From the NCBI GenBank assembly GCA_041664465.1, contig JBAYKP010000005.1, positions 1 to 60,430 on the forward strand: a DNA stretch of 60,430 nt, read 5' to 3'. Source of the DNA: Minisyncoccota bacterium. GTDB lineage: Bacteria > Patescibacteriota > Minisyncoccia > Phycocordibacterales > UBA9973. Positions within the stretch are counted from its first letter, which is position 1; every line of letters begins with the position of its first letter. Shown in pieces: positions 8,038 to 17,061 of this stretch. Below the pieces are notes generated by a model. It saw only the letters and a list, made by a program, of their open reading frames with translations. It was not told the origin of the DNA and made no database searches. Position numbers and translations under genes: made by a program.

Positions 8038-8730
8038 ATGATTAATTATATAGAAAAAGTTAAAAGTCTCAGAATAGAAAAGAATTTAAGCCAAGAACAA
8101 ATTGCTAAGGCTATAGGGGTCTCTCGCCCGACTTATGGAGCGATTGAGTCTGGCAAGCAAGAACTTAGCTTAGAAGAAGCCAAGAAGCTTTCAGCACTCT
8201 TTGGTATAGGGGTGGATGAGCTATCTTCTGGAAATATTTCTAATATGCCAAAGTATAAACATATGATACTTTCATTTCTCCGTATGAATATTTCAAAGGA
8301 TGGGAAAATTCCCAAGACCAAGCTTGCGAAGATGCTTTACTTAGCAGACTTTGCGTGGTTCTATGATAATTTTGAAAGTATGAGTGGTATGCAATACAGG
8401 AAGATTACTTATGGTCCTGTGCCGGATACTTTTTTCCGTGCATTAGATGAGCTTGTAGAAGATGGCAAGATTGTCATTGATTCTAAATGTGATGATGGTA
8501 AAGATATGTTTCTCATTAGTGAGTCAGATAGCAATAAGAATGAAAAGATCAATACTATCTCTATGAAAGAAAATAAACTAATGAAAGACATAGCGAATAA
8601 ATGGAAAAATAAAAAGACTCAAGATATAGTGAACTTCACTCATAATCAACTGCCATATACTCTCTGTCGAGAAAATGAGCTAATACCCTATGAACTTATT
8701 ACTCAAGAAGACCCTGATTTAGTATATTAA
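8038..8730 (+). CDS. HTH-XRE / Panacea (DUF4065, SocA-like) antitoxin
   Basis: N-terminal XRE helix-turn-helix (LSQEQIAKAIGVSRPTYGAIESG) fused to KTKLAKMLYLADF...YGPVP, which is typical of DUF4065/Panacea. Confidence 0.75.
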   Translation: MINYIEKVKSLRIEKNLSQEQIAKAIGVSRPTYGAIESGKQELSLEEAKKLSALFGIGVDELSSGNISNMPKYKHMILSFLRMNISKDGKIPKTKLAKMLYLADFAWFYDNFESMSGMQYRKITYGPVPDTFFRALDELVEDGKIVIDSKCDDGKDMFLISESDSNKNEKINTISMKENKLMKDIANKWKNKKTQDIVNFTHNQLPYTLCRENELIPYELITQEDPDLVY

Positions 8731-8736
8731 TATTTT

Positions 8737-9132
8737 ATGGAGAGTAATTATTCTGTACAGATTGAAGAATATGCCAAGAGGCACTTCATAAAAAGTTTCG
8801 AGAAGAAATATAACTCTCAATGGAGTGTTACCTTAAAGTCTATAATATTTGAGCTTGAACGTGTAGATAATTTCCTAAAAACGGATAGAGCAGAAATTAT
8901 ATGTGATAGTGTTGATATAAAAATATTAAAAACTAAGTTTAGAATAGCTAGATCTAAGGAATCAGCAAAATCCTCTGGGAACAGATGTATAGTAGCTTGG
9001 CATACCAAAGATAGATTCGTGTCTATGTTGTTGGTATATGGCAAGACAGATTTGTCTAGCAAAAACAAGGAAACAGATGAATGGAAAAGAATAATAAAAG
9101 ATAATTATCCAAAATATAAGCATTTGTTTTAG
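8737..9132 (+). CDS. RelE/ParE-superfamily-like toxin (PanT candidate)
   Basis: 131 aa, starting 7 nt after the Panacea gene. KFRIARS..SSGNRCIVAW....MLLVYGKTDLS resembles the RelE/HigB-like pattern (K.R.A..GKSGGYR.I....LL.iY.K.d). Confidence 0.55.
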   Translation: MESNYSVQIEEYAKRHFIKSFEKKYNSQWSVTLKSIIFELERVDNFLKTDRAEIICDSVDIKILKTKFRIARSKESAKSSGNRCIVAWHTKDRFVSMLLVYGKTDLSSKNKETDEWKRIIKDNYPKYKHLF

Positions 9133-9176
9133 AAAGAAAAGTTTCAACTTTCTTCATAAAATGATAAGATTACTTT

Positions 9177-9764
9177 ATGCTTCCTGAACAAATAGTATAT
9201 ATCGGAGTTCTGATAAGTCTTACACTAACTTTTTTCTATATAAGGACCATTCTATATGGCAAGACGAGACCGAATCTGATTTCTTGGTCTATTTGGGCAT
9301 TAGCACCTCTTGTCGCTGTCTTCTTACAGATAAAAGCTGGGGCAGGTCTTTCGTTTGTTTCTTCTTTTATGTCTGGCTTTGGTCCGCTACTTGTAGTTAT
9401 TGTTGCATTAGTATATAAAAAAGGATTTTGGAAAGTAACTAAACTTGATATTGTTTGTGGAATATTGGCCTTATTGGCTTTAATTATTTATGTAATGACT
9501 AGCAAGCTTGGGATATCTATAATCTTTGCAATATTAAGTGATGGATTAGCTGCTATCCCGACAGTGAGGAAATCTTGGCAATTCCCAGAATCTGAATCAG
9601 CTATAACTTATATGGCTGGAATAATCAGCAACATTTTAGCTCTTTTAGTTGTTAAAAATTGGTCATTCTCTATTTATTCTTTTAGTGCTTATTTAATAAC
9701 AATGAATATAATAATAATCTTTTCTATATATCATAAAAAGATATTTAATTTAATTAAAAAATAG
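9177..9764 (+). CDS. Multi-pass membrane protein, unknown function
   Basis: Six or seven hydrophobic helices. No diagnostic motif. Confidence 0.55.
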   Translation: MLPEQIVYIGVLISLTLTFFYIRTILYGKTRPNLISWSIWALAPLVAVFLQIKAGAGLSFVSSFMSGFGPLLVVIVALVYKKGFWKVTKLDIVCGILALLALIIYVMTSKLGISIIFAILSDGLAAIPTVRKSWQFPESESAITYMAGIISNILALLVVKNWSFSIYSFSAYLITMNIIIIFSIYHKKIFNLIKK

Positions 9765-9779
9765 TAGTATAATAAGCTT

Positions 9780-10187
9780 ATGGAAAACGAAAATGTAAGA
9801 GTAATAGTTGTAGCAGGTGTTGCTATTAAAGACGGTAACAAGTATCTTTTAGTTCAAGATAAAAAGCCTAAATTTTATGGTCTTTGGAATTTCCCAGCAG
9901 GGAAAGTAGATGTAGGTGAATCAATAGAGCAAGCTGCTATTCGAGAGACAAAAGAAGAATGCGGATATGATGTTGAATTGATAAGAAAAATAGATATTTT
10001 CCAAAAGGAATCTACTGAAGATGTGAAGCATTCTTTCGAAGCGAAAATTATAGGAGGAGATTTGAATTTTCCAGAAGAGAAATTTTTAGATGCCAAATGG
10101 TTTACATTTGATGAAATAAAACAAATAAAGGACAAACTCAGAGATGAATGGGTATTAGATTCAATATCTATTTTAGAAAACCAATAA
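9780..10187 (+). CDS. NUDIX hydrolase
   Basis: Nudix box GKVDVGESIEQAAIRETKEECGY. Confidence 0.85.
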   Translation: MENENVRVIVVAGVAIKDGNKYLLVQDKKPKFYGLWNFPAGKVDVGESIEQAAIRETKEECGYDVELIRKIDIFQKESTEDVKHSFEAKIIGGDLNFPEEKFLDAKWFTFDEIKQIKDKLRDEWVLDSISILENQ

Positions 10188-10194
10188 TGTATCT

Positions 10195-10515
10195 ATGAAA
10201 AAAGATACCTCATTTCACGATTATATTATCTATGATCTTATGAATAGACTTTTCAATATTTCTTCCAGACCTATGATGAGTGGCTGGTGCATTTATTCAG
10301 ACAAAGTGCCTTTTGTCGCAATCATTGGCAATCAGCTGTACTTAAAAGCTAAAGGAGAAATGGCTACGAAGCTTGCCTCTCTCGGCTGGACTAAATTTAA
10401 TTATAAAAAGTCAGATGATAAAGTCGTTTCTATGAATTACTGGCTGGTACCTGATGAATTGATTGATGACCCTGAATCATTTGAAGAAATAGCCAAAGAG
10501 GTGTTGATGTATTAA
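10195..10515 (+). CDS. TfoX N-terminal domain protein
   Basis: MMSGWCIYSDKVPFVAIIGNQLYLKA matches the TfoX_N pattern (MFGG.g.y..g..Fa.i.d..LylK). Confidence 0.6.
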   Translation: MKKDTSFHDYIIYDLMNRLFNISSRPMMSGWCIYSDKVPFVAIIGNQLYLKAKGEMATKLASLGWTKFNYKKSDDKVVSMNYWLVPDELIDDPESFEEIAKEVLMY

Positions 10516-10617
10516 AGAAAGTGTTAAATCAGCTTTATATTAAATGTTAATTCGTATAATTTACCACTGTGGATAAATCATTGTAAAATAACCGTTTTAT
10601 GTATATAATGTTAAATC

Positions 10618-11817
10618 ATGAGTAAAGACAATGTAAATAATCAAATATTTAAAAATATTCCTTTAAAGCTATATCAGCCAAAGTGGGATTCTAGTTTAGC
10701 AAAAACTATTGTAGAACTTGAAAGGTTACGAGAAAAGCGTCTTGGTGGACCAGTCCCACCATATATTTTTTTTCAATTAAAAAATATATTTCAAATAATG
10801 GAAAGTCTAGGGTCAGCAAGAATTGAAGGCAATCATACTACACTTATGGAATTGGTTGAAAAGATTATTGAAAAAGTTCCCAAAAATACAAAAGAAGAAA
10901 AAGATAGAGAAATTTTTAATATTGATCGTGCTATTTCTTTTATTGAAGAAAATATTACAGAAGGATCAAGAATTACTAGAGCTCATATTTCTGAGATACA
11001 TAAAATTATTGTTGATGGATTAACTCCACCACCTAGTGGTGAGGGTTCTCGTTATCCAGGTGAATTAAGACCAATCAATGTTAGTATTCAAGAATCATTA
11101 CATATTCCACCTGAAAAAATTAAAGTTCCAGAATATTTTGAAAAACTTATAGAATTTATAAATTCTCCAGTTGATCTTCACAATGATCTTTTAATTACTG
11201 CACTTTCACATCATAGAATGGCTTGGATTCACCCTTTTGATAATGGCAATGGACGTTTGATTCGTATGTTTACTTATGCACTTTTAATTAAACAAGGTTT
11301 CCAAGTTAAGACAGGTAGGATTTTAAATCCAACAGCAATTTTTTGTATGGATCGTAATAAATATTACGATATGCTTGGTCTTGCTGATACTGGTGAAGAA
11401 GAAAAAGTACTTATATGGTGTGAGTATGTTCTTTCAGGATTAAAAAATGAAATAGAAAAAATCGATCGTTTACTCGATTTAAAATATATGACAAATACTT
11501 TTTTACTCCCAGCATTATCTTATTCTCTTGAAAGAGAACATATAACTAAACGTGAATACGAGATTTTGAGTATAGTTGTAAAAAGTAAAGATATGACAAT
11601 AAAATCATCTGATTTAGAAGCAATTATTGGGAAAGAATCTTCAGTGCAACGTTCAAGGATTCTTAAAAGATTGAAAGATAAAGAAATGCTCCGTCCAATT
11701 CCAGAAAAAAGTAGAGTATATACCATTGGTTTTGCGAATAATTATCTTCTAAGAGGTGTTTTTTATGTTCTTGAAAAAAATGGTTTTGTCCCACCATCTT
11801 TAAACAAGAAAAATTAA
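10618..11817 (+). CDS. Fic-family protein (class II, N-terminal inhibitory motif) with C-terminal wHTH
   Basis: Fic motif HPFDNGNGRLIR. An upstream SARIEG fits the (S/T)xxxE(G/N) auto-inhibition motif. Confidence 0.85.
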   Translation: MSKDNVNNQIFKNIPLKLYQPKWDSSLAKTIVELERLREKRLGGPVPPYIFFQLKNIFQIMESLGSARIEGNHTTLMELVEKIIEKVPKNTKEEKDREIFNIDRAISFIEENITEGSRITRAHISEIHKIIVDGLTPPPSGEGSRYPGELRPINVSIQESLHIPPEKIKVPEYFEKLIEFINSPVDLHNDLLITALSHHRMAWIHPFDNGNGRLIRMFTYALLIKQGFQVKTGRILNPTAIFCMDRNKYYDMLGLADTGEEEKVLIWCEYVLSGLKNEIEKIDRLLDLKYMTNTFLLPALSYSLEREHITKREYEILSIVVKSKDMTIKSSDLEAIIGKESSVQRSRILKRLKDKEMLRPIPEKSRVYTIGFANNYLLRGVFYVLEKNGFVPPSLNKKN

Positions 11818-11836
11818 TAGTTTAAATAAAATAATT

Positions 11837-12025
11837 ATGGAAAAAGAAAAATGTAAAAAATGTGGAAGTGAGAATATTATAATGGTTGAATATGATGGAA
11901 TGCATCCGGATCATTATGATGGGATATCTGAGATAGACTGTCAAGATTGCAAAGCTCGTTTTGGTCGTTGGTCAGGGAAAGAGCTTTCTCTTGATGAAAC
12001 TGAAAAGATATATGGTAGAAAATAA
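11837..12025 (+). CDS. Small zinc-ribbon protein
   Basis: 62 aa with CKKC ... CQDC pairs. Confidence 0.5.
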   Translation: MEKEKCKKCGSENIIMVEYDGMHPDHYDGISEIDCQDCKARFGRWSGKELSLDETEKIYGRK

Positions 12026-12030
12026 TAATT

Positions 12031-12621
12031 ATGAAGTTACAACGTCCAAAATCTAAACAGCCGATTCCCGACCATGCCAAGAAGGTATTTAAGGGTGCAC
12101 TTTTTGATGTATACCAATGGGAGCAAGAAATGTTTGATGGCACCAAAGCAACATTTGAGAAATTAAAGCGTCCTGATACAGTTGTCGTCTTTCCGGTTTT
12201 AAATGACGGAAGAATAATTTTAACGAAACAGGAACAGCCAGGCAAGAAGCCTTTTATCGGAGCGACTGGTGGTAGAGTAGATGAAGGAGAGGATATACTT
12301 GAAGCAGCCAAACGAGAGCTTCTAGAAGAGAGTGGATATGAAGCCGAGGAATTTATCCTCTGGGATGCGAGGCATCCGGTAGGTAAGGTTGATTGGGTGG
12401 TATATACATTTGTCGCAAAGGGATTGAAAAAAGTTGCCCCACTTAATCTTGATGCTGGCGAGAAAATTAAATTGATTAAAGTAACGCTTGATAAACTAAT
12501 AGATATATCTCTGGATAAAAAGTTTGAAGAGAAAGAAATAGTTTTTAAATTCCTCGAGGCTAAATTTGATAAAAAGAAGAAAAAGGAATTAAAAGAATTA
12601 TTTAAACCTTTGAATAAATAA
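12031..12621 (+). CDS. NUDIX hydrolase (ADP-ribose pyrophosphatase-like)
   Basis: Nudix box GGRVDEGEDILEAAKRELLEESGY. Confidence 0.8.
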   Translation: MKLQRPKSKQPIPDHAKKVFKGALFDVYQWEQEMFDGTKATFEKLKRPDTVVVFPVLNDGRIILTKQEQPGKKPFIGATGGRVDEGEDILEAAKRELLEESGYEAEEFILWDARHPVGKVDWVVYTFVAKGLKKVAPLNLDAGEKIKLIKVTLDKLIDISLDKKFEEKEIVFKFLEAKFDKKKKKELKELFKPLNK

Positions 12622-12635
12622 TTACAATAATTTTT

Positions 12636-13136
12636 ATGAAAAATAATAAAATTTGGCTTAGAAAAAAATTATATGATCTAGGGTGGTACCCATTAGCTCG
12701 GAAACACAGTAAAAGAGTAGTAATACGAATTCGTGGGATTATTTTGAATGATGATAAAATGCTCATCGTTAAAATGCCTCATAATAATTTCTATTGTTTA
12801 CCTGGGGGTAAGCTTGACTATGGAGAAGATATAAAAGAGTGTTTAGAAAGAGAAATTATTGAAGAACTTGGAATTAAGCCAGAGATAGGCCGGCTTTTAT
12901 TTTCGAATACTTTTATAGAGAAAAATAAGAATCAATCCCTTGAATTCATTTTTGAAATTACTAATGGCAAAGATTATCTAAATTTGGATAAAGTAGAGAG
13001 GACTCATGCACATGAATTGGAGGATATATGTTGGATAAAGAGAGATGGGGATATTCACATATTGCCAAACTCCATAGATAAATATTTTAGAGATGGAGAA
13101 ATTTTATCAGATGTAACTAGATATATTAAAGATTAA
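12636..13136 (+). CDS. NUDIX hydrolase
   Basis: Nudix box GGKLDYGEDIKECLEREIIEELGI. The N-terminal 20 aa duplicate the start of the next gene. Confidence 0.8.
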   Translation: MKNNKIWLRKKLYDLGWYPLARKHSKRVVIRIRGIILNDDKMLIVKMPHNNFYCLPGGKLDYGEDIKECLEREIIEELGIKPEIGRLLFSNTFIEKNKNQSLEFIFEITNGKDYLNLDKVERTHAHELEDICWIKRDGDIHILPNSIDKYFRDGEILSDVTRYIKD

Positions 13137-13140
13137 TTGT

Positions 13141-13383
13141 ATGAAAAATAATAAACTTTGGTTTAGAAGAAAGTTATATGGATGGGGATGGACGCCTACT
13201 ACTTGGGAAGGGTGGGCTGTTGTATTTGTCTGGGCAGTAATTTTTATCTCTATAATGTCTAAAATGGATCACGAAGGATTGAAGAATATCTTCTTTGCGA
13301 TTGTATCTGTAGCTCTCTTAATTTTTATTTGCTATAAAAAAGGTGAGAAGCCAAGATGGCAATGGGGGAAAAGAATAGAATAA
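13141..13383 (+). CDS. Small two-TM membrane protein
   Basis: 80 aa: MKNNKLWFRRKLYGWGWTP followed by two hydrophobic helices. Confidence 0.55.
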   Translation: MKNNKLWFRRKLYGWGWTPTTWEGWAVVFVWAVIFISIMSKMDHEGLKNIFFAIVSVALLIFICYKKGEKPRWQWGKRIE

Positions 13384-13388
13384 TTTTT

Positions 13389-13913
13389 ATGAATAACTTA
13401 GAAGAAATATTAGAATTTGGAATTAAGAGAGAAGGGGAGGAAAGGCGGGATGGCGGATGTGCCATTGTTTTTCATCCGGAGACGCAGAGATATGCTGTAT
13501 TTCGTGATTTAAAAAATGGACTAATGGGTCTTTTTGGTGGAGGCTTTAATGAAGGAGAAAATGAACAAGATGGAGTGATTAGAGAATTAATTGAAGAAAG
13601 TGGATTAATTGATTTTTTATATGTTGAAAGAATTGAAAAAATAAAAACACACTATTTTAATAGTAATAAAAAAATTAATAGGGTAGCTCTTGCTACTTGT
13701 TTTTTGGTTATATTAAAAAGCACAAATTCACAGTTACCTAAGCTTGAAGAACATGAAAAGATAGAATTAGTATGGACTACTCCATCAGAAATTTTATCTC
13801 ATTGGAAATCTAGGAATCACAATAAGGATTATGATCATTGGATATATTTATTAGGCAAAGGAGTCTCTCGTTTAAAAGAATTGGGTCATGACAGGGAAAG
13901 TATTTTAGAATAA
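13389..13913 (+). CDS. NUDIX hydrolase
   Basis: Nudix box GGGFNEGENEQDGVIRELIEESGL. The ATG at 13389 avoids the overlap with the preceding gene implied by the track start at 13356. Confidence 0.75.
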   Translation: MNNLEEILEFGIKREGEERRDGGCAIVFHPETQRYAVFRDLKNGLMGLFGGGFNEGENEQDGVIRELIEESGLIDFLYVERIEKIKTHYFNSNKKINRVALATCFLVILKSTNSQLPKLEEHEKIELVWTTPSEILSHWKSRNHNKDYDHWIYLLGKGVSRLKELGHDRESILE

Positions 13914-13916
13914 CAG

Positions 13917-13947
13917 ATAAAGAGCCGCCCGTAGGGCGGCTCTTTAT
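13917..13947. terminator. Bidirectional GC hairpin terminator
   Basis: aaagagccgccc-gta-gggcggctcttt lies between convergent genes. Confidence 0.7.
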
Positions 13948-13988
13948 TGTATTGGCTTTGTCTGGCTCGTTTACTTTTTGCTAATAAT

Positions 13989-14819
13989 CTAGTTTGTTCT
14001 AAATGAAAGTTCACTAGAAGTACTTACATTGTTTGAAGCATCAACAGACTTTAATATAAAGTGATAGAGAGTGTTTGATGTTAAATTTGGGATACTTAAT
14101 GAATGCTCTTTTGTAAGAGTATTATCTACTGCTTTTGTTAGACTGGCTGTTGTTGTATCAACAGGAGTAGTTTTAGAGTAGAAAATAGTAGAGGATGTAG
14201 CTTCATTTGTTTTCCATGATATTGCTACATTTGATCCACTCACCGTTGTTTCTATGTTACTTATTACAGGAGCAGTTGTATCTACAACTGGAGGAGTAAC
14301 TACTGGTGTTATTATTATTGCAGGAGTTGTAAATGATATTTCAGCTGATTTTGTTATGCCAATATTATTTGCAGATCCTACAACTACATAATACTTTGTA
14401 TTAGGTAATAATTTCTTTAATTCAATTTTATGATTTAAAGTTCTGTTGTTACGCTTCATTGTTGTTATACCTTCTACTGAAGTATCAACGGGCGTTGTTG
14501 TACTATACCAAACTATACTATTTGCTTTGACGTCGGTTGTCCAACTTATCTTGGCCTTTTTTATATTGTTTGATAATGTGGTAATTGGGTTACTTATAAC
14601 AGGTGCAGTTGTGTCTTTAGCATTGTGACTATTGAACCAACTTGACCCAAACCAAGACTTTTCTTTTTTATCTTTATTTTCTTTTACTTTATTTAATTGT
14701 TCTATTTTATTTTCATTACCGTTTTTATTCTTGTTATTATCTGCGAAACTTATAACAGGGGTAGCGATGATAAGAGCTAATAAAAGAGAACTTGTAATTA
14801 ACGATTTATATTTTTTCAT
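13989..14819 (-). CDS. Secreted protein with two Fn3/PAP-N-like beta-sandwich repeats
   Basis: Signal-like N-terminus. An internal duplication (TTAPVISN...I.W.T...A.S.V/I.YS.TTPVDT) occurs twice. Confidence 0.6.
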   Translation of the reverse strand: MKKYKSLITSSLLLALIIATPVISFADNNKNKNGNENKIEQLNKVKENKDKKEKSWFGSSWFNSHNAKDTTAPVISNPITTLSNNIKKAKISWTTDVKANSIVWYSTTTPVDTSVEGITTMKRNNRTLNHKIELKKLLPNTKYYVVVGSANNIGITKSAEISFTTPAIIITPVVTPPVVDTTAPVISNIETTVSGSNVAISWKTNEATSSTIFYSKTTPVDTTTASLTKAVDNTLTKEHSLSIPNLTSNTLYHFILKSVDASNNVSTSSELSFRTN

Positions 14820-15003
14820 AATTAATTTAATTAATAATTAATAATATATGACTAAGTAGTTTGTATATACTTGATCATACGACCTCACAATAGGGTAGAC
14901 GAGCTTAAGAGTAGTTTTCTTACATAGACAAAGTTTGTTATTTGTTGTACTTTTAAGTATGTATAAGCTATGTAAGAAACGAGCAGTTTATACGTCATAA
15001 TAT

Positions 15004-15531
15004 ATGAAAGATATACAAAGTACCTTTGAAGCAATATATAAAAAAGAATCGGATGTCATATTCCGATTCTGCTTGCTTCGTGTATCTAATAGAGAGCAAG
15101 CTTTAGACATAACCCAAGAAACCTTTTTGCGTTTATGGCAACAAATGCAAAAAGATGAAGATATTCTAAACGAGAGGGCATTACTGTTTACAATGGCCAG
15201 GCACCTTATCATAGACTACTATCGTAAGAAGAAGAGTTCATCTTTAGATCAAATGTCATTTAATGGGATTGGAGAGAATGAAGAAGGGTTTGATGTATTA
15301 GATGAAAGTACCACAGGAGCTGAGTTAGAGCTTGGAGCTGAAGGTAGATATCTCATAGAGAAAATAAATGAGCTTACAGAATCATATAGGGAACCTTTAT
15401 ATTTACGTTTTGTTGAAGATTTGTCACCTTCTGAAATAAGTAAAATCTTGGGAATTTCAGTTAATGCTACATCGGTGAGGATTAATCGTGGATTAGAAGA
15501 GTTAAGAAAAATATCAGGATATGAAAAATAA
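15004..15531 (+). CDS. ECF (sigma-70 family) RNA polymerase sigma factor
   Basis: Region 2 (FRFCLLRVSNREQALDITQETFLRLW) and region 4 (LSPSEISKILGISVNATSVRINRGLEEL). Confidence 0.85.
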   Translation: MKDIQSTFEAIYKKESDVIFRFCLLRVSNREQALDITQETFLRLWQQMQKDEDILNERALLFTMARHLIIDYYRKKKSSSLDQMSFNGIGENEEGFDVLDESTTGAELELGAEGRYLIEKINELTESYREPLYLRFVEDLSPSEISKILGISVNATSVRINRGLEELRKISGYEK

Positions 15532-16261
15532 TAAATTACAAAAAGGAATAAACGAGATAAGGAATATCAAGATGACTAATTCAGAAAAGGAATTAATATT
15601 TTCAAATATCTTAAAATCTTCCTCTAAAATAATAAAACCAATAAAAAGTCCTTGGCTTAGTTTCTCTTTTATAATGATGCTCAAAAGAAAACAATTAGTT
15701 TATTATATTATTATTCCTCTCCTTATAATTCTTTCTAGTGGGGGAGTAGTTTTCGCATCAGTTGATAGTTTGCCAGATAGTATTTTATATCCATTGAAGG
15801 TAAATATTGTGGAACCTATCCGGGGGGCTCTTACTTTTTCTCATAAGAATAAAGCTAAATATGAAGTCAATCTAGCAACAGAACGCTTAATTGAAGCTGA
15901 AACTTTAGCTAGCCAAGGTAAATTAACGAAAACCAACGAAAAGAGGTTAAATGATCTTCTGGAAAGTCATACGAAATCTTTAGATAAAGCTCTTGATGTA
16001 GTTAAAAAAACAGAACCAAAAGAGCAAACAGATGAGATTATTAAAGATTTTAGTTCCGAAATGAACGTACATGCAGAAGTTTTAAATATTATTAAAAATA
16101 AAAAAGATAATAATAATGAAGAGAATCAAATATCCAAAAATGCTAAAATAAATGCTGAACATATTAGTGATAGATCAAAAAATAAAGAAAATCATACTTT
16201 TAATGAGAAAGATTTAAAATTTGAAAGTAAAAATAATAAAGAGAAAGATAATAATCAATAG
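15521..16261 (+). CDS. Putative anti-sigma / single-pass membrane protein
   Basis: Overlaps the sigma gene stop by 11 nt. One TM helix followed by a helical, Lys/Asn-rich extracytoplasmic part. Confidence 0.5.
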   Translation: MKNNKLQKGINEIRNIKMTNSEKELIFSNILKSSSKIIKPIKSPWLSFSFIMMLKRKQLVYYIIIPLLIILSSGGVVFASVDSLPDSILYPLKVNIVEPIRGALTFSHKNKAKYEVNLATERLIEAETLASQGKLTKTNEKRLNDLLESHTKSLDKALDVVKKTEPKEQTDEIIKDFSSEMNVHAEVLNIIKNKKDNNNEENQISKNAKINAEHISDRSKNKENHTFNEKDLKFESKNNKEKDNNQ

Positions 16262-16274
16262 GAATTACTATTTT

Positions 16275-16544
16275 CTAATCATCTTCTCTCTCATTATCTT
16301 CATATTTTATTTTGGTTGGAGATTGTTGAATTATATTGTTTGATGGAGTTACATCATTGGGAAGAATTATTGTTGGTGCATCTACACTAGGAGTAGTATT
16401 GATATCACTTGCCGTACTTGCATCTGAAATAGCAGATGTATTTGGATCTGGATTTTGACTTATAGTTTTATTGGTTTCTATTGTGGCGTAAGTTACGAAT
16501 CCAATAAAGCCAGATATTAAAATAACGTAAATAAAATATTTCAT
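16275..16544 (-). CDS. Small secreted/anchored hypothetical protein
   Basis: N-terminal hydrophobic helix and a low-complexity S/T/P tail. Confidence 0.45.
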   Translation of the reverse strand: MKYFIYVILISGFIGFVTYATIETNKTISQNPDPNTSAISDASTASDINTTPSVDAPTIILPNDVTPSNNIIQQSPTKIKYEDNEREDD

Positions 16545-16547
16545 ATG

Positions 16548-16874
16548 TTAACTTGCTCTTGATTGGCGACTAGGAGGAGTGGTAATTACTGGGGTTGGCG
16601 TTTGAATCTGCTGGACCGGTGTTTGAGTTTGTACTTGGATTGGAGCTTTTACTTGAGCTAATGCTTGGACTGGTTGCGGTTTTTTTAATTGTGTTTGTAC
16701 GCTGTTTTGTACTTTTGATACCTTAGTTTTTTGAGCTTGTTCTTGTTTAACTGCTAAGATATATTCATTATGAATTTTCTTTTGGTACATCAAAGATCCT
16801 TGCAAGAAGACAAGGGCGACTAATCCAAAAGTTATAACTACTGTTTTTAAATCTTCCATCATAATATTTAGCAA
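16548..16874 (-). CDS. Hypothetical single-pass membrane protein, Q/P/V-rich tail
   Basis: TM helix VVITFGLVALVFL followed by QxQ/PV repeats. Confidence 0.45.
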   Translation of the reverse strand: MLNIMMEDLKTVVITFGLVALVFLQGSLMYQKKIHNEYILAVKQEQAQKTKVSKVQNSVQTQLKKPQPVQALAQVKAPIQVQTQTPVQQIQTPTPVITTPPSRQSRAS

Positions 16875-16890
16875 AATTATTTACCAATTT

Positions 16891-17061
16891 TTAACCTATT
16901 TTCTGCCACATATGAACGTCACTTTTTCTGACGCTACATTCGGCGCACTTGAAATCCATAGGAAGACTTTCCCATTTGGTACCTGGAGGATATCCTCTTG
17001 TGGGATCTCCCTTAGCTTCATCATATATCCATCCACATTCTAAACAAACGTATTGTGCCAT
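16891..17061 (-). CDS. Rubredoxin (56 aa, below the ORF-track cutoff)
   Basis: Manual translation gives MAQYVCLECGWIYDEAKGDPTRGYPPGTKWESLPMDFKCAECSVRKSDVHMWQKIG. CxxCG..YD..GDP...PGT.WE.LP.D..CxxC is the rubredoxin signature. Confidence 0.85.
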   Translation of the reverse strand: MAQYVCLECGWIYDEAKGDPTRGYPPGTKWESLPMDFKCAECSVRKSDVHMWQKIG

